This document shows, piece after piece, positions 1 to 17,728 of a stretch of 64,000 nucleotides of DNA. Each line of letters starts with the position of its first letter. Within the stretch, counting starts at the first letter, position 1. Source of the DNA: Macrostomum lignano (taxonomy: Eukaryota). A model generated the notes under the pieces. That model did no database searches. It had not been told where the DNA came from and worked only from the letters and a program-made list of their open reading frames with translations. Position numbers and translations under genes: made by a program. Location of the stretch: NCBI GenBank assembly GCA_002269645.1, contig NIVC01001000.1, positions 186,001-250,000 of the forward strand, given 5' to 3'.

Positions 1-1
1 A

Positions 2-730
<729 letters not shown>

Positions 731-964
731 GTGCAAAGTGTGCGGCAAGAAATTCTATCAAGTCAAGAATCTTAAGTGGCACTCCGACTGCACTTTCTGT
801 AACGAATATTCACCCTTGCGGCGCTCCGTCATTGCCGACGTGCACAATCGGTCTTGGTCTTTAGTGTGCTCGCAATCCTTTAGCAGCTGTTTTGTCGTTT
901 TATTCATGATCTTCGGACTTTGTTGAATTCTCTTAAGGCATTCGGAAGCTAATCCAATATCCAA

Positions 965-1333
965 TTAAAGACAGCACCTAATGGCCAGTTAGTGACAGCA
1001 CTTAATGACCAGTCAGTGAGAGCACTCAATGACCAGTTAGTGACAGCACTCAATGACCAGTTAGTGACAGCACTCAATGACCAGTTAGTGACAGCACTCA
1101 ATGAGCAGCCAGTGAGAGCACTCAATGACCAGTTAGTGACAGCACTCAATGACCAGTTAGTGACAGCGCTCAATGACCAGTTAGTGACAGCACTCAATGA
1201 GCAGTTAGTGACAGCACTCAATGACCAGTTAGTGACAGCACTCAACGACCAGTTAGTGACATCACTCAATGACCAGTTAGTGACAGCACTCAATGACCAG
1301 TTAGTGACACTTACAGCAATCAATGACCAGTAG
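965..1333. repeat. 24-bp minisatellite (consensus GACCAGTTAGTGACAGCACTCAAT), ~15 copies
   Basis: Direct tandem repeats, period 24, downstream of Z1. Confidence 0.95.
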
Positions 1334-2175
1334 GCACTGCATATACTATACTGCACTGTACTGCTAGATCAGCTTTTTACTTTGTTTTCCTGCTAAAGGT
1401 TTCCAATTGTTTCCGAATCATTTCATTACTTACTGTAGAAGTGCTTAGCACTTGAACTTTTCCTTTGACTCCCTAGCTTGCGTTTCGATTTTGTTCAATA
1501 AAGCGTTATTATCGAACCTTTTCTCCCCTGTATTTATAAATTACACCGGTGGCATTCAAATTTTACTTGTTTTCTTTACTAATTGTTTTGTTTAAATGTT
1601 TGCCAGGATATTTTAATTGCTTTTTTAATGACTTGATAGGCAACGTAAACCCATCCACCTGTGCTTTTTATTTGTGCATATAACAGCAAATCCTTTAATC
1701 GCCCCGGGTGTTTTCATTTCTGACAAATAATTGCTTAATTGCTGCTGCTATGCTGACTACTACAGTTATATAATCGTGGGTCAGCAATTTCGTCTTGTTA
1801 ATTTTGCAGCAAATGATAATAAGAGTATATTCATACGTATTCTAAGAGAAATTTCATAAAAAGTACATAAGTGAAATTCGGTGCACGGGTAGCTACAAAA
1901 AACAAGTTTAAAAATATTTTTGCCTTTATTCATTAAAATGAACCTCAATGCATTCAGATGCAAATTGAATGCTTGAATCTTTTGTCTCCATACTAAAATA
2001 TCTTTGTCATTAAACGGAATCTTCTGACAATACGTGATTAAAAATCTTTTAACGTCATTCAAACTTGGATGACAAAGTGACGAAGTCTCTATCGCTCCGC
2101 ATTGCAGCTCAAGGCAGAGACGGGCTTCGAGCATCGGCATCTCAGCACGGATTGTAGCCCCACAGTTTCTCAGAG

Positions 2176-4231
<2,056 letters not shown>

Positions 4232-4269
4232 ATTCTCTAAAAGCATTCGGAAGCTAATCCAATATCCAA

Positions 4270-4806
4270 TTAAAGACAGCACCTAATGGCCAGTTAGTGA
4301 CAGCACTTAATGACCAGTCAGTGAGAGCACTCAATGACCAGTTAGTGACAGCACTCAATAACTAGTTAGTGACAGCACTTAATGACCAGTTATAGACAGC
4401 ACTCAATGACTCGTTAGTTACAGCACTCAATGACCAGTTAGTGACAGCACTCAATGACCAGTTAGTGACAGCGCTCAATGACCAGTTAGTGACAGCCCTC
4501 AGTGACCAGTTAGTGACAGCACTCAATGACCACTTAGTGACAGCAATCAATAACCAGTTAGTGACAGCACTCAATGACCAGTTAGAGACAGCCCTCAATG
4601 ACCAGTTAGTGACAGCACTCAATGACCAGTTAGAGACAGCACTCAATGACCAGTTAGTGACAGCACTCAATGACTAGTTAGTGACAGCACTCAATGACTA
4701 GTTAGTGACAGCACTCAAAGACCAGTTAGTGACAGCACTCAACGACCAGTTAATGACAGTACTCAACGACCAGTTAGTGACACTGACAGCAATCAATGAC
4801 CAGTAG
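4270..4806. repeat. 24-bp minisatellite, ~22 copies
   Basis: Same consensus as 965-1333. Confidence 0.95.
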
Positions 4807-5651
4807 GCACTGCATATACTATACTGCACTGTACTGCTAGATCAGCTTTTTACTTTGTTTTCCTGCTAAAGGTTTCCAATTGTTTCCGAATCATTTCCTT
4901 ACTTACTGTAGAAGTGCTTAGCACTTCAACTTTTCCTTTGACTCCCTAACTTGCGTTTCAATTTTGTGCAATTAAGCGTTATTATCGAACCTTTTCTCCC
5001 CTGTATTTATAAATTACACCGGTGGCATTCAAATTTTACTTGTTTTCTTTACTAATTGGTTTGTTTAAATGTTTGCCAGGATATTTTAATTGCTTTTTTA
5101 ATGACTTAATAGGCAACGTAAACTCATCCATGTGTGTTATTTGGGCATATAACAGCAAATCGTTTAATCGCCCCGTGTGTTTTCATTTCTGACAAATAAT
5201 TGCTTAATTGCTGCTTCTATGCTGACTACAGTATACTCGTTGGGTCAGCAATTTCGTCTTGTTTAATTTTGCAGCAAACGATAATATATTCATACGTATT
5301 GTAAGAGAAACTTCACATGCTAATGTCTTAAAAAAGTAAATTGGTGAAATTCAGTGCATGGGTAGAAAAAAATTGAAAAAATAGTTTTGCCTTTATTCTT
5401 TCAATATGAGCCTCAATGCATTCAGATGCAAATTGAATGCTTGAATATTTTGTCTCCATACTAAAATACCCAACTATCTTTATCATTAAACGGAATCTTC
5501 TGACAATACGTGTTTAAAAATCTTTTAACGTCATTCAAACTTGGATGACAAAGTGACGAAGTCTCTATCGCTCCGCATTGCAGCTCAAGGCAGAGACGGG
5601 CTTCGAGCATCGGCATCTCAGCACGGATTGTAGCCCCACAGTTTCTCAGAG

Positions 5652-7003
<1,352 letters not shown>

Positions 7004-7240
7004 TAAGTGCAAAGTGTGCGGCAAGAGATTCAATCAAGTCAGCAATCTTAAGTGGCACTCCGACTGCACTTTCTGTAGCGAATATTCACCCTTGCGGCGC
7101 TCCGTCATTGCCGACGTGCACAATCGGTCTTGGTCTTTAGTGTGCTCGCAATCCTTTAGCAGCTGTTTTGTCGTTTTATTCATGATCTTCGGACTTTGTT
7201 GAATTCTCTTAAAGCATTCGGAAGCTAATCCAATATCCAA

Positions 7241-7585
7241 TTAAAGACAGCACCTAATGGCCAGTTAGTGACAGCACTTAATGACCAGTCAGTGAGAGCA
7301 CTCAATGACCAGTTAGTGACAGCACTCAATGACCAGTTAGTGACAGCACTCAATGACCAGTTAGTGACAGCCCTCAATGACCAGTTAGTGACAGCACTCA
7401 ATGACCAGTTAGTGACAGCACTCAATGACCAGTTAGTGACAGCACTCAATGACCAGTTAGAGACAGCACTCAATGACCAGTTAGTGACAGCACTCAATGA
7501 CTAGTTAGTGACAGCACTCAATGACTAGTTAGTGACAGCACTCAATGACCAGTTAGTGACACTGACAGCAATCAATGACCAGTAG
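7241..7585. repeat. 24-bp minisatellite, ~14 copies
   Basis: Same consensus. Confidence 0.95.
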
Positions 7586-8423
7586 GCACTGCATATACTA
7601 TACTGCACTGTACTGCTAGATCAGCTTTTTACTTTGTTTTCCTGCTAAAGGTTTCCAATTGTTTCCCAATCATTTCATTACTTATTGTAGAAGTACTTAG
7701 CACTTGAACTTTTCCTTTGACTCCCTAACTTGCGTTTCAATTTTGTGCAATTAAGCGTTATTATCGAACCTTTTCTCCCCTGTATTTATAAATTACACCG
7801 GTGGCATTCAAATTTTACTTGTTTTCTTTACTAATTGTTTTGTTTAAATGTTTGCCAGGATATTTTAATTGCTTTTTTTAATGACTTAATAGGCAACGTA
7901 AACTCATCCGTGTGTGTTATTTGTGACTAAAAAAGGAAATCCTTTAATCGCTCCGTGTGTTTTCATTTCTGACAAATAATTGCTTAATTGCTGCTGCTAT
8001 GCTGACTACAGTATACTCGTTGGGTCAGCAATTTCGTCTTGTTTAATTTTGCAGCAAATGATAATATATTCATAGGTATTGTAAGGGAAACTTCACATGC
8101 TTATGTCTTAAAAAAGTAAATTGGTGAAATTCAGTGCATGGGTAGAAAAAAATTGAAAAAATAGTTTTGCCTTTATTCTTTCAATATGAGCCTCAATGCA
8201 TTCAGATGCAAATTGAATGCTTGAATATTTTGTCTCCATACTAAAATATCTTTATCATTAAACGGAATCTTCTGACAATACGTGTTTAAAAATCTTTGAA
8301 CGTCATTCAAACTTGGATGACAAAGTGACGAAGTCTCTATCGCTCCGCATTGCAGCTCAAGGCAGAGACGGGCTTCGAGCATCGGCATCTCAGCACGGAT
8401 TGTAGCCCCACAGTTTCTCAGAG

Positions 8424-9617
8424 ATGCGCCGGGGCTCTGTCGCCTGCCCGTTTTGTCCCAGGCGGTTCTGCCGCACCCGACCGACAGCGGCGCAGTACTT
8501 GCGTCATGTGCGGTCACACGGAATTGGCCGCGACTCGGAGCCTGAGGAGGCGGCTGCGACCAACTCAGAAGCTGGCAGAGCGGCGGCGGTCGAGCAGGTC
8601 GCGTCTCGCAATGAGTCAGCGATGCAGCCGTGTGCAGATGGCAGTCGTGCAGTGACAAATAGTGCTCAGGGTCTCCAGAAGCCGTTCCAGTGCGACACTT
8701 GTCAAAAGAAGTTCTCCAGGAGAAGCTATCTCAATGCTCACATTAGTGTGGTGCACAGGAAGGCAAAACCGCACAAATGCAAGCGGTGTGAAAAGTCCTT
8801 CTCAGCAAAACATGATCTGCACGTGCACAGCCGGTCTCACACTGGTGAGAGACCGTTTGAGTGCAAGGTGTGCGGCAAGAGATTCAGTGTCAGCAGCAGC
8901 CTTACTACACACTCCAGGCTGCACACAGGAGAAAAGCCATTTGAGTGCAAAGTGTGCGGCAAGAGATTCAGTGTCAGCAGCAGCCTTACTACACACTCCA
9001 GGCTGCACACTGGAGAAAAGCCATTTGAGTGCAAAGTATGCGGCAAGAGATTCAGTGTCAGCAGCCATCTCACTAAGCACTCCAGACTGCACACAGGAGA
9101 AAAGCCATTTGAGTGCAAAGTGTGCGGCAAGAGATTCAGTGACAGCAGCCATCTTACTACACACTCCAGGCTGCACACAGGAGAAAAGCCATTTGAGTGC
9201 AAAGTGTGCGGCAAGAGATTCAGTGTCAGCAGCAGCCTTACTACACACTCCAGGCTGCACACAGGAGAAAAGCCATTTGAGTGCAAAGTGTGCGACAAGA
9301 GATTCAGTGTCAGCAGCAGCCTTACTACACACTCCAGGCTGCACACAGGAGAAAAGCCATTTGAGTGCAAAGTGTGCGGCAAGAGATTCAGTTTCAGCAG
9401 CAGCCTTACTACACACTCCAGGCTGCACACAGGAGAAAAGCCATTTGAGTGCAAAGTGTGCAGCAAGAGATTCAGTGACAGCAGCAGCCTTACTACACAC
9501 TCCAGGCTGCACACAGGAGAAAAGCCATTTGAGTGCAAAGTGTGCAGCAAGAGATTCAGTGACAGCAGCAGCCTTACTACACACTCCAGGCTCCACACAA
9601 GAAGAAAAGCCATTTGA
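8424..9617 (+). CDS. Z4: multi-C2H2 zinc-finger protein, 397 aa (9 repeat fingers)
   Basis: Intact ORF ending HTRRKAI-TGA. Confidence 0.85.
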   Translation: MRRGSVACPFCPRRFCRTRPTAAQYLRHVRSHGIGRDSEPEEAAATNSEAGRAAAVEQVASRNESAMQPCADGSRAVTNSAQGLQKPFQCDTCQKKFSRRSYLNAHISVVHRKAKPHKCKRCEKSFSAKHDLHVHSRSHTGERPFECKVCGKRFSVSSSLTTHSRLHTGEKPFECKVCGKRFSVSSSLTTHSRLHTGEKPFECKVCGKRFSVSSHLTKHSRLHTGEKPFECKVCGKRFSDSSHLTTHSRLHTGEKPFECKVCGKRFSVSSSLTTHSRLHTGEKPFECKVCDKRFSVSSSLTTHSRLHTGEKPFECKVCGKRFSFSSSLTTHSRLHTGEKPFECKVCSKRFSDSSSLTTHSRLHTGEKPFECKVCSKRFSDSSSLTTHSRLHTRRKAI

Positions 9618-9855
9618 GTGCAAAGTATGCGGCAAGAGATTCAATCAAGTCAGCAATCTTAAGTGGCACTCTGACTGCACTTTCTGTAGCGAACAGTCAC
9701 CCTTGCGGCGCTCCGTCATTGCTGACGTGCACAATCGGTGTTGGTTTTAGTGTGCTCGCAACCATTTAACAGCTTTTTTGTCGTTTTATTCATGATCTTC
9801 GGATTTTGTTGAATTCTCTTAAAGTGATGCATTCGGAAGCTATTCCAAAATCCAA

Positions 9856-10488
9856 TTAGTGACAGCACCTAATGGCCAGTTAGTGACAGCACTGAATGAA
9901 CAGTTAGTGACAGCACTCAATGACCAGTTAGTGACAGCACTCAATGACCAGTTAGTGACAGCACTACATGACCAGTTAGTGACAGCACTCAATGACTAGT
10001 TAGTGACAGCACTCAAAGACCAGTTAGTGACAGCACTGAATGAACAGTTAGTGACAGCACTCAATGACCAGTTAGTGACAGCACTCAATGACCAGTTAGT
10101 GACAGCACTACATGACCAGTTAGTGACAGCACTCAATGACTAGTTAGTGACAGCACTCAATGACCAGTTAGTGACAGCACTCAATGACTAGTTAGTGACA
10201 GCACTCAAAGACCAGTTAGTGACAGCACTGAATGAACAGTTAGTGACAGCACTCAATGACCAGTTAGTGACAGCACTCAATGACCAGTTAGTGACAGCAC
10301 TACATGACCAGTTAGTGACAGCACTCAATGACTAGTTAGTGACAGCACTCAAAGACCAGTTAGTGACAGCACTCAATGACTAGTTAGTGACAGCACTCAA
10401 AGACCAGTTAGTGACAGCACTCAACGACCAGTTAGTGACAGCACTCAACGACCAGTTAGTGACACTGACAGCAATCAATGACCAGTAG
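9856..10488. repeat. 24-bp minisatellite, ~26 copies
   Basis: Same consensus. The variant-unit order is shared with the Z5 and Z6 arrays. Confidence 0.95.
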
Positions 10489-11356
10489 GCACTGAATACA
10501 CTATACCGCACTGTACTGCTAGACCAGCTTTTTACTTTGTTTTCCTGCTAAAGGTTTCCAATTGTTTCCGAATCATTTCATTAGTTACTGTAGAAGTACT
10601 TAGCACTTAAACTTTTTCTTTGACCCCTAACTTGCTTTTCAATTTTGTTCAATCAAGCGTTATTATCGAACCTTTTCTCCCCTGTATTTATAAATTACGC
10701 CGGTGGCATTCAAACTTTACTTGTTTTCCTTACTATTGCAATAATTGGTTTGTTTAAATGTTTGCCAGGATATTTTAATTGCTTTTTTAATGACTTAATA
10801 GGCAACGTAAACTCATCCATGTGTGTTTTTTATTTGTGCATATAACAGCAAATCGTTTAATCGCTCCGTGTGTTTTCATTTCTGACAAATAATTGCTTAA
10901 TTGCTGCTGCTATGCTGACTACAGTATACTCGTTGGGTCAGCAATTTCGTCTTGTTAATTTTGCAGCAAACGATAATACGAGTATATTCATAAGATCGTA
11001 TGTATTGTAAGAGAAATTTCACATGCTAATCTCTTAAAAAAGTAAATTGGTGAAATTCGGTGCACGGGTAGCAACAAAAAACAAGTTTAAAAAATAGTTA
11101 TGCCTTTATTCTTTAAATATGAACCTCAATGCATTCAGATGCTAATTGAATGCTTGAATCTTTTGTCTCCATACTAAAATATCTTTATCATTAAACGGAA
11201 TCTTCTGACAATACGTGATTAAAAATCTTTTAACGTCATTCAAACTTGGATGACAAAGTGACGAAGTCTCTATCGCTCCGCATTGCAGCTCAAGGCAGAG
11301 ACGGGCTTCGAGCATCGGCATCTCAGCACGGATTGTAACCCCACAGTTTCTCAGAG

Positions 11357-12802
11357 ATGCGCCGGGGCTCTGTCGCCTGCCCGTTTTGTCCCAGGCGGTT
11401 CTGCCGCACCCGACCGGCAGCGGCGCAGTACTTGCGTCATGTGCGGTCACACGGAATTGGCCGCGACTCGGAGCCTGAGGAGGCGGCTGCGACCAACTCA
11501 GAAGCTGGCAGAGCGGCGGCGGTCGAGCAGGTCGCGTCTCGCAATGAGTCAGCGATGCAGCCGTGTGCAGATGGCAGTCGTGCAGTGACAAATCGTGCTC
11601 AGGGTCTCCAGAAGCCGTTCCAGTGCGACACTTGTCAAAAGAAGTTCTCCAGGAGAAGCTATCTCAATGCTCACATTAGTGTGGTGCACAGGAAGGCAAA
11701 ACCGCACAAATGCAAGCGGTGTGAAAAGTCCTTCTCAGCAAAACATGATCTGCACGTGCACAGCCGGTCTCACACTGGTGAGAGACCGTTTGTGTGCAAA
11801 GTGTGCGGCAAGAGATTCAGTGTCAGCAGCAGCCTTACTACACACTCCAGGCTGCACACAGGAGAAAAGCCATTTGAGTGCAAAGTGTGCGGCAAGAGAT
11901 TCAGTTTCAGCAGCTGTCTCACTAGGCACTCAAGGCTGCACACAGGAGAAAAGCCATTTGAGTGCAAAGTGTGCGGCAAGAGATTCAGTTTCAGCAGCAG
12001 CCTTACTACACACTCCAGGCTGCACACAGGAGAAAAGCCATTTGAGTGCAAAGTGTGCAGCAAGAGATTCAGTGACAGCAGCAGCCTTACTACACACTCC
12101 AGGCTGCACACAGGAGAAAAGCCATTTGAGTGCAAAGTGTGCGGCAAGAGATTCAGTGTCAGCAGCAGCCTTACTACACACTCCAGGCTGCACACTGGAG
12201 AAAAGCCATTTGAGTGCAAAGTGTGCGGCAAGAGATTCAGTGTCAGCAGCTATCTCACTAAGCACTCCAGACTGCACACAGGAGAAAAGCCATTTGAGTG
12301 CAAAGTGTGCGGCAAGAGATTCAGTGACAGCAGCCATCTTACTACACACTCCAGGCTGCACACAGGAGAAAAGCCATTTGAGTGCAAAGTGTGCGGCAAG
12401 AGATTCAGTGTCAGCAGCAGCCTTACTACACACTCCAGGCTGCACACAGGAGAAAAGCCATTTGAGTGCAAAGTGTGCGACAAGAGATTCAGTGTCAGCA
12501 GCAGCCTTACTACACACTCCAGGCTGCACACAGGAGAAAAGCCATTTGAGTGCAAAGTGTGCGGCAAGAGATTCAGTTTCAGCAGCAGCCTTACTACACA
12601 CTCCAGGCTGCACACAGGAGAAAAGCCATTTGAGTGCAAAGTGTGCAGCAAGAGATTCAGTGACAGCAGCAGCCTTACTACACACTCCAGGCTGCACACA
12701 GGAGAAAAGCCATTTGAGTGCAAAGTGTGCAGCAAGAGATTCAGTGACAGCAGCAGCCTTACTACACACTCCAGGCTCCACACAAGAAGAAAAGCCATTT
12801 GA
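11357..12802 (+). CDS. Z5: multi-C2H2 zinc-finger protein, 481 aa (12 repeat fingers)
   Basis: Intact ORF, same translation as Z6. Confidence 0.85.
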   Translation: MRRGSVACPFCPRRFCRTRPAAAQYLRHVRSHGIGRDSEPEEAAATNSEAGRAAAVEQVASRNESAMQPCADGSRAVTNRAQGLQKPFQCDTCQKKFSRRSYLNAHISVVHRKAKPHKCKRCEKSFSAKHDLHVHSRSHTGERPFVCKVCGKRFSVSSSLTTHSRLHTGEKPFECKVCGKRFSFSSCLTRHSRLHTGEKPFECKVCGKRFSFSSSLTTHSRLHTGEKPFECKVCSKRFSDSSSLTTHSRLHTGEKPFECKVCGKRFSVSSSLTTHSRLHTGEKPFECKVCGKRFSVSSYLTKHSRLHTGEKPFECKVCGKRFSDSSHLTTHSRLHTGEKPFECKVCGKRFSVSSSLTTHSRLHTGEKPFECKVCDKRFSVSSSLTTHSRLHTGEKPFECKVCGKRFSFSSSLTTHSRLHTGEKPFECKVCSKRFSDSSSLTTHSRLHTGEKPFECKVCSKRFSDSSSLTTHSRLHTRRKAI

Positions 12803-13041
12803 GGGCAAAGTATGCGGCAAGAGATTCAATCAAGTCAGCAATCTTAAGTGGCACTCTGACTGCACTTTCTGTAGCGAACAGTCACCCTTGCGGCGCTCCG
12901 TCATTGCTGACGTGCACAATCGGTGTTGGTTTTTAGTGTGCTCGCAACCATTTAACAGCTTTTTTGTCGTTTTATTCATGATCTTCGGACTTTGTTGAAT
13001 TCTCTTAAAGTGATGCATTCGGAAGCTATTCAAAAATCCAA

Positions 13042-13674
13042 TTAGTGACAGCACCTAATGGCCAGTTAGTGACAGCACTGAATGAACAGTTAGTGACAGC
13101 ACTCAATGACCAGTTAGTGACAGCACTCAATGACCAGTTAGTGACAGCACTACATGACCAGTTAGTGACAGCACTCAATGACTAGTTAGTGACAGCACTC
13201 AAAGACCAGTTAGTGACAGCACTGAATGAACAGTTAGTGACAGCACTCAATGACCAGTTAGTGACAGCACTCAATGACCAGTTAGTGACAGCACTACATG
13301 ACCAGTTAGTGACAGCACTCAATGACTAGTTAGTGACAGCACTCAATGACCAGTTAGTGACAGCACTCAATGACTAGTTAGTGACAGCACTCAAAGACCA
13401 GTTAGTGACAGCACTGAATGAACAGTTAGTGACAGCACTCAATGACCAGTTAGTGACAGCACTCAATGACCAGTTAGTGACAGCACTACATGACCAGTTA
13501 GTGACAGCACTCAATGACTAGTTAGTGACAGCACTCAAAGACCAGTTAGTGACAGCACTCAATGACTAGTTAGTGACAGCACTCAAAGACCAGTTAGTGA
13601 CAGCACTCAACGACCAGTTAGTGACAGCACTCAACGACCAGTTAGTGACACTGACAGCAATCAATGACCAGTAG
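13042..13674. repeat. 24-bp minisatellite, ~26 copies
   Basis: Same consensus. Confidence 0.95.
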
Positions 13675-14542
13675 GCACTGAATACACTATACCGCACTGT
13701 ACTGCTAGACCAGCTTTTTACTTTGTTTTCCTGCTAAAGGTTTCCAATTGTTTCCGAATCATTTCATTAGTTACTGTAGAAGTACTTAGCACTTAAACTT
13801 TTTCTTTGACCCCTAACTTGCTTTTCAATTTTGTTCAATCAAGCGTTATTATCGAACCTTTTCTCCCCTGTATTTATAAATTACGCCGGTGGCATTCAAA
13901 CTTTACTTGTTTTCCTTACTATTGCAATAATTGGTTTGTTTAAATGTTTGCCAGGATATTTTAATTGCTTTTTTAATGACTTAATAGGCAACGTAAACTC
14001 ATCCATGTGTGTTTTTTATTTGTGCATATAACAGCAAATCGTTTAATCGCTCCGTGTGTTTTCATTTCTGACAAATAATTGCTTAATTGCTGCTGCTATG
14101 CTGACTACAGTATACTCGTTGGGTCAGCAATTTCGTCTTGTTAATTTTGCAGCAAACGATAATACGAGTATATTCATAAGATCGTATGTATTGTAAGAGA
14201 AATTTCACATGCTAATCTCTTAAAAAAGTAAATTGGTGAAATTCGGTGCACGGGTAGCAACAAAAAACAAGTTTAAAAAATAGTTATGCCTTTATTCTTT
14301 AAATATGAACCTCAATGCATTCAGATGCTAATTGAATGCTTGAATCTTTTGTCTCCATACTAAAATATCTTTATCATTAAACGGAATCTTCTGACAATAC
14401 GTGATTAAAAATCTTTTAACGTCATTCAAACTTGGATGACAAAGTGACGAAGTCTCTATCGCTCCGCATTGCAGCTCAAGGCAGAGACGGGCTTCGAGCA
14501 TCGGCATCTCAGCACGGATTGTAACCCCACAGTTTCTCAGAG

Positions 14543-15988
14543 ATGCGCCGGGGCTCTGTCGCCTGCCCGTTTTGTCCCAGGCGGTTCTGCCGCACCCGAC
14601 CGGCAGCGGCGCAGTACTTGCGTCATGTGCGGTCACACGGAATTGGCCGCGACTCGGAGCCTGAGGAGGCGGCTGCGACCAACTCAGAAGCTGGCAGAGC
14701 GGCGGCGGTCGAGCAGGTCGCGTCTCGCAATGAGTCAGCGATGCAGCCGTGTGCAGATGGCAGTCGTGCAGTGACAAATCGTGCTCAGGGTCTCCAGAAG
14801 CCGTTCCAGTGCGACACTTGTCAAAAGAAGTTCTCCAGGAGAAGCTATCTCAATGCTCACATTAGTGTGGTGCACAGGAAGGCAAAACCGCACAAATGCA
14901 AGCGGTGTGAAAAGTCCTTCTCAGCAAAACATGATCTGCACGTGCACAGCCGGTCTCACACTGGTGAGAGACCGTTTGTGTGCAAAGTGTGCGGCAAGAG
15001 ATTCAGTGTCAGCAGCAGCCTTACTACACACTCCAGGCTGCACACAGGAGAAAAGCCATTTGAGTGCAAAGTGTGCGGCAAGAGATTCAGTTTCAGCAGC
15101 TGTCTCACTAGGCACTCAAGGCTGCACACAGGAGAAAAGCCATTTGAGTGCAAAGTGTGCGGCAAGAGATTCAGTTTCAGCAGCAGCCTTACTACACACT
15201 CCAGGCTGCACACAGGAGAAAAGCCATTTGAGTGCAAAGTGTGCAGCAAGAGATTCAGTGACAGCAGCAGCCTTACTACACACTCCAGGCTGCACACAGG
15301 AGAAAAGCCATTTGAGTGCAAAGTGTGCGGCAAGAGATTCAGTGTCAGCAGCAGCCTTACTACACACTCCAGGCTGCACACTGGAGAAAAGCCATTTGAG
15401 TGCAAAGTGTGCGGCAAGAGATTCAGTGTCAGCAGCTATCTCACTAAGCACTCCAGACTGCACACAGGAGAAAAGCCATTTGAGTGCAAAGTGTGCGGCA
15501 AGAGATTCAGTGACAGCAGCCATCTTACTACACACTCCAGGCTGCACACAGGAGAAAAGCCATTTGAGTGCAAAGTGTGCGGCAAGAGATTCAGTGTCAG
15601 CAGCAGCCTTACTACACACTCCAGGCTGCACACAGGAGAAAAGCCATTTGAGTGCAAAGTGTGCGACAAGAGATTCAGTGTCAGCAGCAGCCTTACTACA
15701 CACTCCAGGCTGCACACAGGAGAAAAGCCATTTGAGTGCAAAGTGTGCGGCAAGAGATTCAGTTTCAGCAGCAGCCTTACTACACACTCCAGGCTGCACA
15801 CAGGAGAAAAGCCATTTGAGTGCAAAGTGTGCAGCAAGAGATTCAGTGACAGCAGCAGCCTTACTACACACTCCAGGCTGCACACAGGAGAAAAGCCATT
15901 TGAGTGCAAAGTGTGCAGCAAGAGATTCAGTGACAGCAGCAGCCTTACTACACACTCCAGGCTCCACACAAGAAGAAAAGCCATTTGA
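14543..15988 (+). CDS. Z6: multi-C2H2 zinc-finger protein, 481 aa (12 repeat fingers)
   Basis: Copy of Z5 exactly 3186 bp downstream. Confidence 0.8.
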   Translation: MRRGSVACPFCPRRFCRTRPAAAQYLRHVRSHGIGRDSEPEEAAATNSEAGRAAAVEQVASRNESAMQPCADGSRAVTNRAQGLQKPFQCDTCQKKFSRRSYLNAHISVVHRKAKPHKCKRCEKSFSAKHDLHVHSRSHTGERPFVCKVCGKRFSVSSSLTTHSRLHTGEKPFECKVCGKRFSFSSCLTRHSRLHTGEKPFECKVCGKRFSFSSSLTTHSRLHTGEKPFECKVCSKRFSDSSSLTTHSRLHTGEKPFECKVCGKRFSVSSSLTTHSRLHTGEKPFECKVCGKRFSVSSYLTKHSRLHTGEKPFECKVCGKRFSDSSHLTTHSRLHTGEKPFECKVCGKRFSVSSSLTTHSRLHTGEKPFECKVCDKRFSVSSSLTTHSRLHTGEKPFECKVCGKRFSFSSSLTTHSRLHTGEKPFECKVCSKRFSDSSSLTTHSRLHTGEKPFECKVCSKRFSDSSSLTTHSRLHTRRKAI

Positions 15989-16227
15989 GGGCAAAGTATG
16001 CGGCAAGAGATTCAATCAAGTCAGCAATCTTAAGTGGCACTCTGACTGCACTTTCTGTAGCGAACAGTCACCCTTGCGGCGCTCCGTCATTGCTGACGTG
16101 CACAATCGGTGTTGGTTTTTAGTGTGCTCGCAACCATTTAACAGCTTTTTTGTCGTTTTATTCATGATCTTCGGACTTTGTTGAATTCTCTTAAAGTGAT
16201 GCATTCGGAAGCTATTCAAAAATCCAA

Positions 16228-16860
16228 TTAGTGACAGCACCTAATGGCCAGTTAGTGACAGCACTGAATGAACAGTTAGTGACAGCACTCAATGACCAGT
16301 TAGTGACAGCACTCAATGACCAGTTAGTGACAGCACTACATGACCAGTTAGTGACAGCACTCAATGACTAGTTAGTGACAGCACTCAAAGACCAGTTAGT
16401 GACAGCACTGAATGAACAGTTAGTGACAGCACTCAATGACCAGTTAGTGACAGCACTCAATGACCAGTTAGTGACAGCACTACATGACCAGTTAGTGACA
16501 GCACTCAATGACTAGTTAGTGACAGCACTCAATGACCAGTTAGTGACAGCACTCAATGACTAGTTAGTGACAGCACTCAAAGACCAGTTAGTGACAGCAC
16601 TGAATGAACAGTTAGTGACAGCACTCAATGACCAGTTAGTGACAGCACTCAATGACCAGTTAGTGACAGCACTACATGACCAGTTAGTGACAGCACTCAA
16701 TGACTAGTTAGTGACAGCACTCAAAGACCAGTTAGTGACAGCACTCAATGACTAGTTAGTGACAGCACTCAAAGACCAGTTAGTGACAGCACTCAACGAC
16801 CAGTTAGTGACAGCACTCAACGACCAGTTAGTGACACTGACAGCAATCAATGACCAGTAG
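16228..16860. repeat. 24-bp minisatellite, ~26 copies
   Basis: Same consensus. Confidence 0.95.
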
Positions 16861-17728
16861 GCACTGAATACACTATACCGCACTGTACTGCTAGACCAGC
16901 TTTTTACTTTGTTTTCCTGCTAAAGGTTTCCAATTGTTTCCGAATCATTTCATTAGTTACTGTAGAAGTACTTAGCACTTAAACTTTTTCTTTGACCCCT
17001 AACTTGCTTTTCAATTTTGTTCAATCAAGCGTTATTATCGAACCTTTTCTCCCCTGTATTTATAAATTACGCCGGTGGCATTCAAACTTTACTTGTTTTC
17101 CTTACTATTGCAATAATTGGTTTGTTTAAATGTTTGCCAGGATATTTTAATTGCTTTTTTAATGACTTAATAGGCAACGTAAACTCATCCATGTGTGTTT
17201 TTTATTTGTGCATATAACAGCAAATCGTTTAATCGCTCCGTGTGTTTTCATTTCTGACAAATAATTGCTTAATTGCTGCTGCTATGCTGACTACAGTATA
17301 CTCGTTGGGTCAGCAATTTCGTCTTGTTAATTTTGCAGCAAACGATAATACGAGTATATTCATAAGATCGTATGTATTGTAAGAGAAATTTCACATGCTA
17401 ATCTCTTAAAAAAGTAAATTGGTGAAATTCGGTGCACGGGTAGCAACAAAAAACAAGTTTAAAAAATAGTTATGCCTTTATTCTTTAAATATGAACCTCA
17501 ATGCATTCAGATGCAAATTGAATGCTTGAATCTTTTGTCTCCATACTAAAATATCTTTATCATTAAACGGAATCTTCTGACAATACGTGATTAAAAATCT
17601 TTTAACGTCATTCAAACTTGGATGACAAAGTGACGAAGTCTCTATCGCTCCGCATTGCAGCTCAAGGCAGAGACGGGCTTCGAGCATCGGCATCTCAGCA
17701 CGGATTGTAACCCCACAGTTTCTCAGAG

